A DNA stretch of 64,000 nucleotides, taken from contig CALSCP010002418.1 in NCBI GenBank assembly GCA_943704425.1, positions 1-64,000 of the forward strand. Reading direction: 5' to 3'. A program made the position numbers and the translations under genes. The notes beneath the pieces were generated by a model. That model ran no database searches and was not told the origin of the DNA. It worked only from the letters and a program-made list of their open reading frames with translations. Each line of letters begins with the position of its first letter. Within the stretch, counting starts at the first letter, position 1. Below, one piece after another: positions 28,547 through 41,828 of the stretch. The DNA comes from Ministeria vibrans ATCC 50519. Its lineage: Eukaryota; Protista; Filasterea.

Positions 28547-29340
28547 CTATCTGCGCTCGGAAAGGCGCGCTGCAACACTGCGCAGATGGCCATATACCTT
28601 GCCCGGCGGGCTGCCCAGAATCAGCGACACAATCGCATCCCGCGCCACTTTGATGTTCTGGAAGCTCCCCAGAATGTGAATGCGCCTATACAAATATAAA
28701 TCTTTAATCTTTAAGACGTCTATGTCTGGTGCGTCGTTTCCGTACGTGTCGGCAACCACAATGCGTGTTTTGGAGGCGTTTTCAATCGTAAAGCGTGTCC
28801 GGCCGCCCTTTCCCGCAATGCGTCCAATGGCGCGCGCCAAATGCTCGCCATGTAATCGTTTCACTTCACACCAACACACGATTCAGCTTTTCTATTTATT
28901 TTTTCTCTCTGGCATTCTCTTCTTCTTACCGTCATGAATATCAAAAGTATCAATGTAAAGATTCTCAAGACGAAGCAACGCCAGCGCATCGTTCACTTCG
29001 AACCCAAGCATAAACGCCTTGAGGAAATCAGCAGCTTTTTGCAGCGCGGTCGCGTCCTCGGTCTGTTCACAAGTCTACATCCCAAGGACAATGCGTCAGC
29101 TTTCGCCTTCTCCACATGCCACTCGACTTGCCAAATACAGCAACTCCCAACCCTCAAAAAACAATCAACCACGAAACACTAAACACGCACCACAAAGACA
29201 CATACACAGTCATGCAGACAGAGAGAGATAGACAGACAGGCAGAGACAGACAGACAGACAGAGACAGACAGACAAACAGAGAGAGAGAGAGAGAAGCACA
29301 CACACACATACATACATACACACACATACATACATACAAA

Positions 29341-29419
<79 letters not shown>

Positions 29420-29909
29420 GTACCCTCAACTCGACTTGCTTGGTGCGCACGTTCATGCGAATTTGCAACTTCATGCGCTCCACAATGGGCTCGTAGATTT
29501 TGGCCCAGTTTTGCTTCAAGGGCGTAAAGCGGTGGCCCGGCACTGTCACCCGGCGTGTCTCCATCCCGTCGGCGTGCTTCTCTTCGGCCGACAGCGCCGC
29601 AAAGTCGGGTCGCTCTTCGCCGTCCACGGCACTTCCCGCATCGTCGTCTGCAAAGGCTGCGGCCGCCTCAGCCTCCATGTCAATGCTGTTGGATGGACCT
29701 ACACACACCCACACACATGCACGTAGTCAGTGAAAGAGCCGCTTTGGTACACAGAGTGTGTCAAAAAAAAAAAAAAAAAAAAAAAAAAGGCCGGCATTGC
29801 AAGAGACGCGTGGACCGACACGCCGGGCATATTAACAGACACGGGGGCAGCGAACGGCCTTACCTGCAAGCATGCTTGCATCAATCACTGTGCTATCAGC
29901 AGTTGTCAT
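28547..29909 (-). CDS. PNO1: RNA-binding protein PNO1/Dim2 (KH domains)
   Basis: VTVPGHRFTPLKQNWAKIYEPIV, HLARAIGRIAGKGGRTRFTIENASKTRIVVAD, LILGSPPGKVYGHLR; probable first exon MTTADSTV at 29909. Confidence 0.95.
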
Positions 29910-30218
29910 TCTATTCACACGGGAACGAGTCAGATGAATAAAAAAGTGAAAGATGAATAATAATAATAATAATTATAATAGTATTAAGTAAAACTGTATG
30001 AGATATTGTATTATTGTTAGCTTGAGTCGTGCTTGAGTCTGCGGTGCACACGTTTTTTGTGTGGCGCCGTACATCCCGATTGGTTATCATGAAACATGAA
30101 TCATGACCTATTTACGGGCATTGGCTATTGATCAGGGACTTCTCTTGGGTCATTCGCCTTTGTATAACTGACAGTGTTGGTAGTCACTTGGTACACGATA
30201 ATCAATTTATTCTTAGTA

Positions 30219-30588
30219 TCATTCCTGACGCAAGCCAGAATCTACAATGGCCTCAATGGCGTCTAAATTCCAGGGAACTTGGTCTTTGGTGACACGCATG
30301 CGTGCGCGGTGCACGGCGCGCGCAAGAGCGGCGAGTGCCTCGGGCGGACACCGCTGCGCCCACACCACATAGTCCGTCAGGTAGAGCGTGTTGAGCACAT
30401 AAAGAACCTCGTCACGCTCAAACAGACGCGAAAGACGCAATAGTACTCGTACAATGGCACGTCGACCACAACGCAACAGTGTCTCGGTGTCTTCCAGGCA
30501 CTTGACCGCCAGCGAATAGTGACGCACAATCTTCGCGCAAATATACAAAGTACAAAGGAAAACAGTAATGTCTCGTCAGTTTGTTCCC

Positions 30589-30673
<85 letters not shown>

Positions 30674-30764
30674 CTTTGTCTCTTTCTCCCTCCTCTCTCT
30701 ATCACTTTGTCTCTTTCTCCCTCCTCTCTCTCTCTCTCTCTCTCTCTCTNNNNNNNNNNNNNNN

Positions 30765-30854
<90 letters not shown>

Positions 30855-32481
30855 CGTTCTCATAACGTACCGGAAACACAAGTGCATGACGCACCGATGC
30901 GTCGACAATGGACTCGATGCAGTCGGGCAGCGTCAACCAACTAGCATAATTTCAAGAGAAAAGAATGAGATGAGCGAAAGCGCCAAGGGACTTACCTGAG
31001 CAAGGGACATAACTTAGAAATGGTCCAAGGCGACTCAACAGTGCTCTCTCCGTCCATTGTGCGTTGGTCATAGGCATAGGCAAACAGCTACAGAGAAGAG
31101 CCACAGTCACATCATTCGAGAGGGACACACCACACACGCACTCGCTCCATTGACCTACCAGCGACACAAGACCACCGTATACACTGCGCAAATCACTCTC
31201 CTCTATCAAATACTCGCGCTTGGGCATTTGGCGCATCCGATCCTGTTCATCCTCACTAAAGTAGTCTCTTGGCTCCTGCCCTCCAAGCGACAGTCGCTCC
31301 AGCGACTTCGCCACATCTCCCTCGCCCCCTTCTTCATCCCACCACATTGAACTGCTCACGAGCCGTGCTATCCGCACCTCTTCATCCGCATAGTCAGCCG
31401 CATAGTGTTCCGCGTCAAAACGCTCGAGTACATGCGCACAGCACAGGGCCCACCGATGTCCTTCGGCAGTTGCATCCGGCTCGGGCAAATCCACAATACA
31501 CCCATGTTCCACTTGAAGCTTGGAAAACACCTTGCACGCGCTCCGATTGAACCCATAGTGAGGCGCATGCACAAACGCACTTGCTTCCACCGGATCGTCG
31601 TCCAGTTCAGGCACCTCAAACACAATTTCTTCCACCAAACGCGCTCCCACATCACCACTGTCCGACTGCACACTCGCATCGTCGTCGCTGTCGGTAGCCT
31701 CACTCGACGACGATGCGTCACTCGACGACGTTGTGTCACCCGACGACGTTGTGTCACTCGACGACGATGTGTCACTCGACGACGAAGTATGACTCGACTC
31801 GCTCACCGTTCGGACCCTCGTTGTCTCGGTGAACAGTTCATCCCAGTCCATCGTTGTTGCTGCGACCTCCGTCGAGTCCAACACCTCAATCAGCGGACGT
31901 GCTGGAGTCTCGCTCGTGTTGCCGCGAGGTGCTAGCAGCGTAGAGAGCATGTCGAGTCCGTCGAACGCCTCGCCTGGCGTCTCCTTTGGCAGGCGGACAG
32001 TCACAGTGCCGCTCTCCACGTCGTAGCGTGCAGACTCCTCGCCACTCTCGACGACACGCGACGGAAACTGAATCCTAAGTGAGACACACACGCCCAAAGG
32101 TTTGACCAACAGCCAACTCGATCGACCCTCTTGCATACTTCAGGAGGTAAGGCGACATGGAGAAGGAGAAGTGGCAGCCATCAACAAAGAAATCAACTGC
32201 ATCCAACTACACAAAATGCCCAAGACAGACGCCCACGGCATCCTCAACCACATCAGACACACAGACACTAGGCACACATGAAACACACACACACTAAGCA
32301 CGCATGAAACACACACACACAAAGCACACACACACACACTAAGCACACTAAGCACGCATGAAACACATACACGCACACACATGCACACACACGAACAAAC
32401 ACACACCTTTGCGTAAGGACACCGTATCACCAGCGTCACAAAGTTATCATCTTGCTCGCATCGGAACCGGGGCGTAAGCAT
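30219..32481 (-). CDS. SHQ1: H/ACA snoRNP assembly factor SHQ1
   Basis: MLTPRFRCEQDDNFVTLVIRCPY, VRLPKETPGEAFDGLDMLSTLL, HYGFN, FDAEHYAADY, YVLNTLYLTDY. Confidence 0.9.
31680..31800 (-). repeat. Coding 18-nt tandem repeat (SSSSDT-like) inside SHQ1
   Basis: About 5 copies of TCGTCGAGTGACACA-like units. Confidence 0.8.
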
Positions 32482-32676
32482 CACAAGAAAAAAGTAAATG
32501 AACTAAAGCTAAAAGTTATGAACGATCTTTCGTATGCATATTCAAATTTTAGCTTATTCGCTCCCAAGCCATTGACATTTGACACTTCCTTGAAGGAGTG
32601 TTGAATTGCGTGCCGCACCCTTGTCTTTGTTTCCGCTTTCGATTTGCTTTGTGCAATCTGAGCCCCATTCAAACCC

Positions 32677-34952
32677 ATGGCTCGCGCTCCGGCGCTTGTT
32701 GCCGAACTCCGCGAGTCTCTTCGCGCTATTCTTGCCACGCGAGATGAGTTTGTGACATGCAGCGCCGCCTGCGACACCTTCCTGGCCTTTGGCACCTCCA
32801 TTGGCGACGTCATTACGTTGGAAAGCAACACTTGCGAATTTCTGCTGCGCCTGCCCAACCTTCACCAGGGCCAGGTGCAGTGCATCCTTGTGCACCAGGG
32901 CCGCGTCATCACCGGTGGCGCCGATGGGTGTGTTGTCCTCTACGACTGGATGGCCCACCACAAAGAAGTGCTCGTTCAGGCGTCTCCCTCAGCAAGTTCA
33001 CTCGATGTATTATATTATATGCTTTCTCTCGCGTTGCGAATCAATTCATTTTCCTCGTCTTCCTTTTCTCGGCTATAGTGTATTACCGACGTGTGTGTGA
33101 CTCCAGACTTCAACTGGGACGACAACCTGGGCAGCGTGTACTTCGGGACTGGCCGAGGACTCGTCACCAAACGCAGTCGAGCCGCCCTCTTTCAGTTTGG
33201 CTCATCCGACGACGTGCTCTTTGATGACTCGGCGTCCGCCTCGACCATGCACGCGTCCAGTCGCAACCTCAAGCTACCGGGGCCCTCCATTGAAAACATC
33301 CGTCTTGTCCCCGACGACTCGCTTGTTCTCTTCACCTGGCGTGGTCGCGTTCATGTGTACAGCGAAAGGAAAAATCGTTTGGTGGCTCGCCTCCAACTTG
33401 TCGACACCCGTGGGCGCTCCTACACCGTGCGTGTCGATGGAACAGCTTCTGGCGAGTGTGTTGACGCTAATAGCAACGCCAGTGAGACCCTTCCAACGAA
33501 AGAGTCGCGCGCAGACGCCTGTCAGCTCATTATGCTCGACGGCGGTGGCTGTGCCGTCTCTCACGGGCCCTATGTCTTTTTATGCCTCGTAAACGCCGAG
33601 AGTGATGCACCCCTCACTGTATTACGACACTACCAGGCGCAGCGCGACATTGCGTGCATGGCCATCATTGGCTATGCGCTCGTGCTCTTTTTTGGCGCCG
33701 ACTCCGCCTCCCACACGCCTCACCAAGTCGCCATGTTTGACCTCGCTTCCATGCACCTTATCGACATGTTTTCGCTGCCCGACAGCCCCGGTCTGCCCTC
33801 TCCCGCACACTCTCCCATTGTCAACGTAGCCATGGGCTACGCCACCTCCAAGCGCCGGCGCAATTCCCTCTCCCCCGCCCAAGTCGCGGCTGCCATGGCG
33901 CCTCGTGACGCCTCTGCTGCCACCTCCTCCGCATCGGCATTGCAATCGCCGCCGTCCGCAACCACCCCGTCGCCTGTCGCTACCCCTTTCTCGTCGGGTA
34001 TTGTCACACGCTGCTACCTTGTGTTACGTGACGCTGTGCTTGTGATGCGTCCCCTGCGCACCAACGAACAGATGCTCTGGCTGCTGCAGTGTGGTGCATT
34101 TCACGCCGCTAAGCACCTGTGTGCATCCTTGCGTCGCGACAAGGAGCTCATCGAGGTTGCCAATGCGTATGCGTGCCATTTGTGGCACGCACACGATCAC
34201 ACTGTTGCCATGCACGTCTGGGCCGAGTACGTTCTACCCTACTCACCCCCCGCCGTGTGGGCTCTCTTTGTCGAGCGCCTCGATGCTGCTGGCAAACTCA
34301 GTCTTATCGAGAAGTTTCTACCCTTCAACGACCGTTCTCTGCTCGGCCCCAGTGTCTATGCGCGTGTCCTCGAACTACGCCTCCAGTCGCGCGAATACCG
34401 CCAGCTCTTTATCTGCATTAAACAATGGCCCGTGCTCTACTCGGTCGATCGCATGCTTCGAGGCATTGCCGCCGCCATTGCCCAGAACGAGTCGACCACA
34501 CACGAGCGCAAAGAGCATGCAGAAAACAACAGTGACCGTGACAATGCCAGTGACCACAACGAATGTCGCGACGACTCCCTTGACTATTTGTATCTGTCGC
34601 TCTTGAAACTCTACGAATTCTCCAATCAGAGTGCCGAGGCAACGCAAACACTCTTACTGCTGCACGACAAACGCTCATTAACGTCGACCGCACTCGCACC
34701 CCTCGTCGACTATATCCACTCCCACCACCTCTGGTTGCTCTTCTCCCCCTCCCCTCTTCCGCCCGAGTCCCTTCTCGCCGCACGACAACTCTCCTCTGCA
34801 GAGTCCGCCGTTGGCATTCGCTCCTACACCGCCTTACACGCTGACCGTGCCCAGTGCGCCTCAATCCTTGCAAAACTTATCCAAGTAAGCCGTAAAATGA
34901 GTATAATCAATATGATTGTTATTATATTATTGTTATTGTTATTATTATCATA

Positions 34953-35007
<55 letters not shown>

Positions 35008-35402
35008 GTGTTGTATAATCATTACCTCATGCTAATATTAATTACAATAAATTTTCAAAGGAGGACTCAGCTCGCACAGCAGCATGTCTGGCCATCACGC
35101 CATCCATCGAGGCACCGCATGTTCTATCTCTACTCGAGATCACCCCACCATCCAATCTTGCGAGCTCGGTGCGCGACATATTTCTCACTGCCTACGCCAG
35201 TGCACTCACCTCAGTCCGCTACTGTGGCTCCTCCGACACCCTCCCGCCCGCCCTCGCCGTACATCTCCCTTCGCCCACCCGCGACACCGATGAGGACGAC
35301 AACGATGACAACGACGAGCTTACCCGCCACCGTCACATTGTCGCACAGGTCTCTCTCCTTCTCAGCGCACTTCACAAGCGCAATCCGTTAACTGCTGAAT
35401 GA
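32677..35402 (+). CDS. Divergent VPS41-like protein (WD40 plus clathrin-repeat solenoid)
   Basis: FLAFGTSIGDV..H..V..VITGGADGCV; QMLWLLQCGAFHAA..YACHLW..W..FV..LSLIEKFLP..LGPSVYARVL..IKQWPVLY resembles the Vps41 pattern. Confidence 0.6.
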
Positions 35403-35490
35403 TATTATAAATACTTACGTTGTATGAGAATAATTATTATTATTGGTTTTTAATTAATAGTAATACTATACTGTATTATCAAACGATGGG

Positions 35491-36666
35491 TCACTCAAAG
35501 AATCGTCTTAATGCCTCAAGCGAGCCCGTTTCCAACACACTCCGCAGTTGCGACACTTGAGTCTATATACCATTGTAATAATATTGCATAAGTATTTCAT
35601 CAGTACTAGTGTGTGCGCGTTGGTCACCCAACAATTATATTTTTCGATTCTTCTACCTTGACGCTTTTGCCCGTAAACCGGTGTCGCTCCACAAACATTT
35701 CCACCAGTATATCCTGTAAACGCTGCAGCTCCTTCTTGCCATCATTGAGACTATCACGCGTCGCGGCAGAAGCTGGTCCGTCCTGCAGAAGAAACCGACG
35801 AAAGGAATCAGGGTCAATTGACTCAATCAATGTCAACACTCACAAGGATTTCTTGATAATGACTGTCTAGAACGCTTTTGCTGTCAGGTTCGTGCACAGT
35901 AAGCTCACGCAGAGCCGTGCTCACTCGGGCTAGTCGCGCATTCTGTCGCAGTCGCTCGAGCAAAACATACACCCGCGAAAGCACTCGTTCCAGCGCCCGT
36001 TCACTCACACTCGTCTCAAACGACACTGATATCTTGCGCACTGTTGCTTCGCGACTCATCACATCCTTAACTGTCGCAATTGTGGCAATGTTGTCGCTGC
36101 GAAACGTAGCGCTGCCACGCCTAAATAAATTCAACATTGAAGAAGAAGAAGAAGAAGAAGAAGAAGAAGAAGAAGAAGAAGAAGAAGAATAATAATAATA
36201 ATAAAATAATAATAATAATTATTATTATTATTATTATTATTTAATTAAGCACTGAAATATAGACTGACCTGTAGAGACAATGAAGTCGAGTGCCAACGAT
36301 GGTATTCTCAAAAACATACGACGCAGAGTCCTCAGTTGGTACCCTAGATATANNNNNNNNTAATTAAGCACTGAAATATAGACTGACCTGTAGAGACAAT
36401 GAAGTCGAGTGCCAACGATGGTATTCTCAAAAACATACGACGCAGAGTCCTCAGTTGGTACCCTAGATATATCATAATTATCATCATGAGGAGTACTATT
36501 GAGTACCGCGATTATTATATTATTCTAGTTATATGCAGCAAATGCATGCATGCACGTCAAATTTCTTAAAACGAAGTACAATCAAAGCTGAATATAATTA
36601 TACGTAATACAATAATAAGACAATGTAGTACAATTATAAGGACAATAATTATAATAATAATAATAT

Positions 36667-36703
<37 letters not shown>

Positions 36704-38696
36704 GTTATTGAATTTGATAGAATATTTTGATCTGCTAAAGCGAATACGAGGCAAGCCGTTTAATTTTCGCGCGCCAACGTTTCTACTTTTTCATATGAAG
36801 ATGTGACCAACTTCTAAACTTGTGGCAATTGTATCAATTAATATTGGTCTCTGGAGTGAGCCTCAGTGGGGGTTTTTGTGAAATTTGTGTACAATATGTG
36901 TGCGCAGCAGGCTGGCTGAAGTAGAAATAATTATAGTTATATTAATGCGCTAATTATTCGTGATTGGTACAGGAGAGCTAGATCAAGGCGACGTTTTTTT
37001 TATACCTTTCGGGGACATCGGGAAGACACACCGCCACCCACGAGTGCACGTCCGCCAACGTGAAATTGCCCTTCATGGTGACCGTGTGCAGCTCCGGCCC
37101 TTCGTCGACTGAGCCTGACTCGTCCACCCGCTTTGCCCCTAGGCCTCTGGCTTCAAAGTCTGCTCCTTTCTCTGTCTTTGTGTGACCCACGCGTCGATGT
37201 AGCGAGAGTGGCTTTACAGCAAACGTGAGCATCCGACACAGCTGGTTGTGTCCGTGTGGTAGCACGTAGGCCACGAGAGAGCCTGACTGGCCCTCAGTCG
37301 TGACCACCTTCACGTGCATTCGTGACGTATTCACACAGCGCACCGTCGCTAGCAGACCATTTGACGACGACGGCGCATCAGCGCCAATTATCGACGACGA
37401 CGTCGACGGCATAGGGATCCCACTGACAGGAGACACAGATATGATCAACTCTGGCTCCAAAGACTCACCACCGTGGTTTCCACGCGCTCCACCTGAGATA
37501 CCGTGACTCGCGGACGCCATGCTCTGAGACCCTTGAAACAGCTGTAGTGCCGTGCTGCTCTGTAGAACCACCGTGTCCAACGGCGTCTGCGTCTCCACCA
37601 CAAGCAGATAGACAGCCTCGTCGGGCACGAGCACAAAGCGCTCATTCACCTCCACAAGGACCGATGTCTCAGCCACTGCATGCGCACTGGACTCAGCGGT
37701 TGACACATGTGCTGTCGCTGTGCCCTCATGATTGCCTCGACTCGTTGGCCTCGCCCTCACCGCCAAATCCACCTGTCGCTTCGCCCGTCCTCGCTCCACC
37801 TCCAACTGCGCCTGCAAAGCCTCCAAGTCCTTCTTCAGCTCTGTCACCTTCTTTTCCGTCAATCGTCTCTCTGCGCCCGCAGTCACGCCCACCATCGGAG
37901 TGTCCTGCCAACAGAAACGTTATAAAGTTTGTTATAATGATGATTTTTATGCCACTGTTGCATTTTCATTGGTCGTTATACGTACCCTATCGCTGTCTAA
38001 GGAAAACCCAATCAGTTTGCCGCTAAAGGTAGAGACGACAATCTCGGGCTGTGATGGGTTGGAGAAGGGACCGCCAGCAATCCCAGTGACGTTCTCCGCG
38101 AGGCGTTCGTTAAAGACGCGGGTGGGCACATCGTTGGTGCGATCAAGAAACGACCACACCTGCACGGCACCGTCCTCGCGCCCCAGAACCACGTCAAGCA
38201 CACCGTCGCCGGTCACATCGCACGCTGTCAAAGATTGTACTCCACCCAGTGCACTCGCGTCGTGTTCGTACCAACCAGGGGCGTCTCCACTGCTCGTCAT
38301 TGCCTTTTGGTCTGTTGCCGCACGCACCACTCCGTCTACCAGGCCAAAGCCTCCCTCGCGCGTTCCATACAGCACCGTGTCAATGACGCTATCATGTTGT
38401 GCATTTCCGTAGTTGACCACCGTTAGTGGCACTCCGTGCACCGACACATCCTGCACAATGTCCGAGCCGTCAAGCACACGCAACGCGCGACTCTGCATGG
38501 CCAGCACTGGCATTGACGCGTGTTTCTCGCCACGCCGCCCGTGTGCCAGTGCGACATCGTTCACACGCTCACTCATTAGCACATAGTCACGATCAACGCC
38601 ATTATCGTAGTGCGTATACGAAAATTCGCTAGTGACATGCAAAGATGTGCCCTCGACGCATACACCCTTTAATTTGAGGGTGTTGACGTATTGACG

Positions 38697-38729
<33 letters not shown>

Positions 38730-39290
38730 TTATTATTATTATTATTATTAATAGAAGAAGAAGAGTTGATGTTCGTCGTGTAAGGGAGAAATAGTGATGA
38801 ATATACTCATTGGTGATGATTCGTTCTTACAGTGATCATATCGCGCGTCGACGTGTCAAACTGGAAAAACTCTTTCCCTGAAAAGCGTCGATGTCGACGT
38901 TTAGAGTTTCGTCATTAAACTTGGGTGTTGGTTGCCTCTTGCTTATTCTAAACCTTTCTTGGAATAGCCATAAATCGACCCTTTTGCGCTGGCGGTCATG
39001 ACTCGGTCGCGAACACCATCAACCGAACTACCAAGCACAACACGATTGATACGCTCCTGTCCACTGGGGCGTGTTTTCCACTGGGAATACCGGCACGAGA
39101 CGTCAATTAAGACACATTCTTGACATTGATTGACATACCGCCAGCGACGCTTTTGCGCTCACATCGACTCCACTCGCGCTCTCCATCGGCGCAACAGCCA
39201 CCACTTCGCCGTTGAGGTTGCCTACGACAGCACGTTGCGAGCGACCACTCCTCCCCGGCGGCAGGAGCACCAAACATCGCGCCGCAGTGC
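35491..39290 (-). CDS. BBS7: Bardet-Biedl syndrome 7 protein (BBSome); first exon not located
   Basis: DVTGDGVLDVVLGREDGAVQVW, EIVVSTFSGKLIG, VKPLSLHRR, GNFTLADVHSWVAVCLPDVPER, FRSDNIATIATVKDVMSREAT; C-terminus LRRFFE. Confidence 0.9.
36242..36471. other. Assembly artefact: 111-nt exact duplication flanking an N gap (duplicates a BBS7 exon)
   Basis: 36242-36352 equals 36361-36471. Confidence 0.9.
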
Positions 39291-39607
39291 CTGTATTAAG
39301 CTAAAATTCACAATATTACTCAGTGCCCAACAGGGCGCTGCTATTGCATCTACTTTCTCCTATACATTATAATAATCTCGACGTGTCAGAGGGAACGACA
39401 TAAAAAAAAGAATAGAGAAATATAAAGAAAATCGAGATTCACTCTAGCTAGGAGTTGTACTAAACTATAATAACTATTACGAGTTAAAATTACTTCAAAC
39501 TGAAACATATAGATACACCCACCTATAATGATACAGTCACCACGCAAAGACACGGCCAGATCTGGCAGACCACCTTGAAAACAAACTCGATGGAATCAAA
39601 CAAACTA

Positions 39608-41271
39608 TCACCACAACTTCATTGATGAGTGATACATTTTTTGAACGAGATCCTCGGACATTTCCAAGGGCGCATTGTCAATGACCCGCTTTTGCTGGAA
39701 CGAGGCAGCAGAGAGAGCATCAATGTCTGCAGAGGTGACACCCACCGACGTAAGGCCATTGGGAAATCCGCTCACACGCACAAAGTAGCTCAGCTAAGGG
39801 GTACATTTGTGCGTCAGCAAATGCCTCACGAGGGTACTCATTCACTTACTCGTTCAGCAAGGACTTCTCCGGCGTCATCAAGCTTGGCTGTTTTGGTGTC
39901 GGCACCCAGCGCCTGTGCGACATACATGTGGCGCTCGGGGCAGGCATGGGCCGCGTGGCGTACAGTACCCGGCGCACACAGAATAACGCCCATGCCATGC
40001 GGGATGAGAGGCTCCCCGTCGTTGGGGTAGCCCGTGTTGGGACCGGGATGAAAGTCCTAAGACAAGATAACAACAAAATATACAGGAGAGTAAAAATGTA
40101 CCTTGACGGAGCCACAAACGGAGTAGGAGAGGCCGTGAGGCAGGTGCACACCACAGTTGCCCATAGCCGTGCCTACCACGCACGACGCCCACATCATCAG
40201 CTCACGCGCTTCCGTGTCCGCATTGTCAGTCACTGCCCTCTCAAACACCTGCCAAAGACAAGGCAACAGCGGCAACAATAACAATAACAACAGCAATAAC
40301 AATGACAATACAAAAACAACCAAAACCATAAAATAATATTAGTCCATTATTGTCAACTAGAGCGTGACCGTCACCTGTCCAACCACTTCGAGTGCCTCCC
40401 GACACGCCATATCGCCCATGGGATTCGCACCCTGGTTGAGGGGTCGCACATGACGCGGTGAGGCAACAGGGCGTCGTGTAAAGGGCCGTGCAGTAAAAGA
40501 CTATCAACAGCAGAGTATTCCAAAACGGCGATTGAGCGAAACAAAAACATCAAAAAAAAAAAAAGGTATTAAGAGAATCGAGTGTAAACCCTTGGTGATA
40601 ATGGTACCTCCATAGCATGGGACATGACATCAAATCCGGCGGCAGCTACGACAGTCTGCGGGAGCGAGTGGGTGACGGTCGGGTCGACAACAGCCAGCTG
40701 AGGAATGATCCCAGCACCCGCAATGCCTGTCTTGGCAAAGGGTGCTGTCGGGTGCTCGCCTAGCTTGCAAATGGCAAACCCGGTACATTCGCTGCCGGTG
40801 CCGGCGGTCGTTGGACAGGCAATGTGGGGTGGCAGGCGGGCATTGGCTTCGTCACCTTCCGCCGCAACAATGGCCATTCCCGCCCCAATCGGTTTGTTAA
40901 TGTAGTCCATGAGAGAGCCACTTGGAGGCGGTCGCGACGCTGCCAACAGAGCCGCCTTGCACGTGTCCATCACGGAGCCACCGCCAATGGAGACAAATGC
41001 GTCAAAGGGCCCACAATCGCGCACCCATGCAGCCGCCGCGTCAAAGCTCGCGAGCGTCGGCTCCACTCGAACCAGGTCGTAAGTGACCGGATCCAAACCG
41101 GACTCCGTCATAGCCTTGATTGCCTGCTCAAAGTGGGGCATGGCTGTGCGCACTCGCGCATCGGTAAACACAGCCACACGCCCGCGGCTCGTCTTGCCCG
41201 TCGCACGAGCGTACTGCTCAGATAGCATTTGCACATCAAAGCCCAGCTCAGAAAAAACACCCTTTCCGTAC

Positions 41272-41347
<76 letters not shown>

Positions 41348-41731
41348 AAAGAAACAAGTGATAGAGAGAGAGAAAGTAGTGTGTGTGTATGTATGTATGT
41401 GTGTATGTGTCAGTCGTTGCAGCAGTCGGCCATGAAGCGAACCTTGACGTTTGTTGAGCGAACTTGAAACACTGCATCGCCGTGCGCTGTCGGCTCAAAG
41501 TACTGCGCAAACACAACAAGAAGGTGAGACTATATTCCCACGGAGGCGTGTTCTTCCACGGGCTGCCACGCATCGTGCCACGGTAAGGGCAGGGAAAGTG
41601 AAAGTGTGAAGTAGGAGAGTGCGTTGTTGTTGTTGGTGTCGTTCGTCTACCTGCATCGCACAACACGAACCCAACTGGCGCGAAGGGACAAGTGATCGTC
41701 CCAATTGCACACGACTTAATTGTCTCAGCAT
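39608..41731 (-). CDS. ADHFE1: Hydroxyacid-oxoacid transhydrogenase (Fe-ADH family), mitochondrial
   Basis: VRVEPTLASF, IGGGSVMDTCK, YINKPIGAG, PTTAGTGSECTG, GNCGVHLPHGLSY, PHG. Confidence 0.9.
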
Positions 41732-41828
41732 TCTTGCAGAAGAAATGAAAATTGAAATGAGCTGCTAATAATAAATTATTTACGAATAATTTGAATATTA
41801 ATTTTTTTTTCAAATTTTCGCAGTTGCG

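Noticed and set aside
30020-30210. Hairpin (GGTGCACAC...GTGTGGCGCC) between SHQ1 and PNO1 as a possible snoRNA or ncRNA
   Set aside because: No convincing box C/D, H/ACA or tRNA features by eye; an Infernal/Rfam scan would be needed.
36242-36471. Apparent duplicated (mutually exclusive) BBS7 exon
   Set aside because: Exact 111-nt copies flank an N gap; same artefact.
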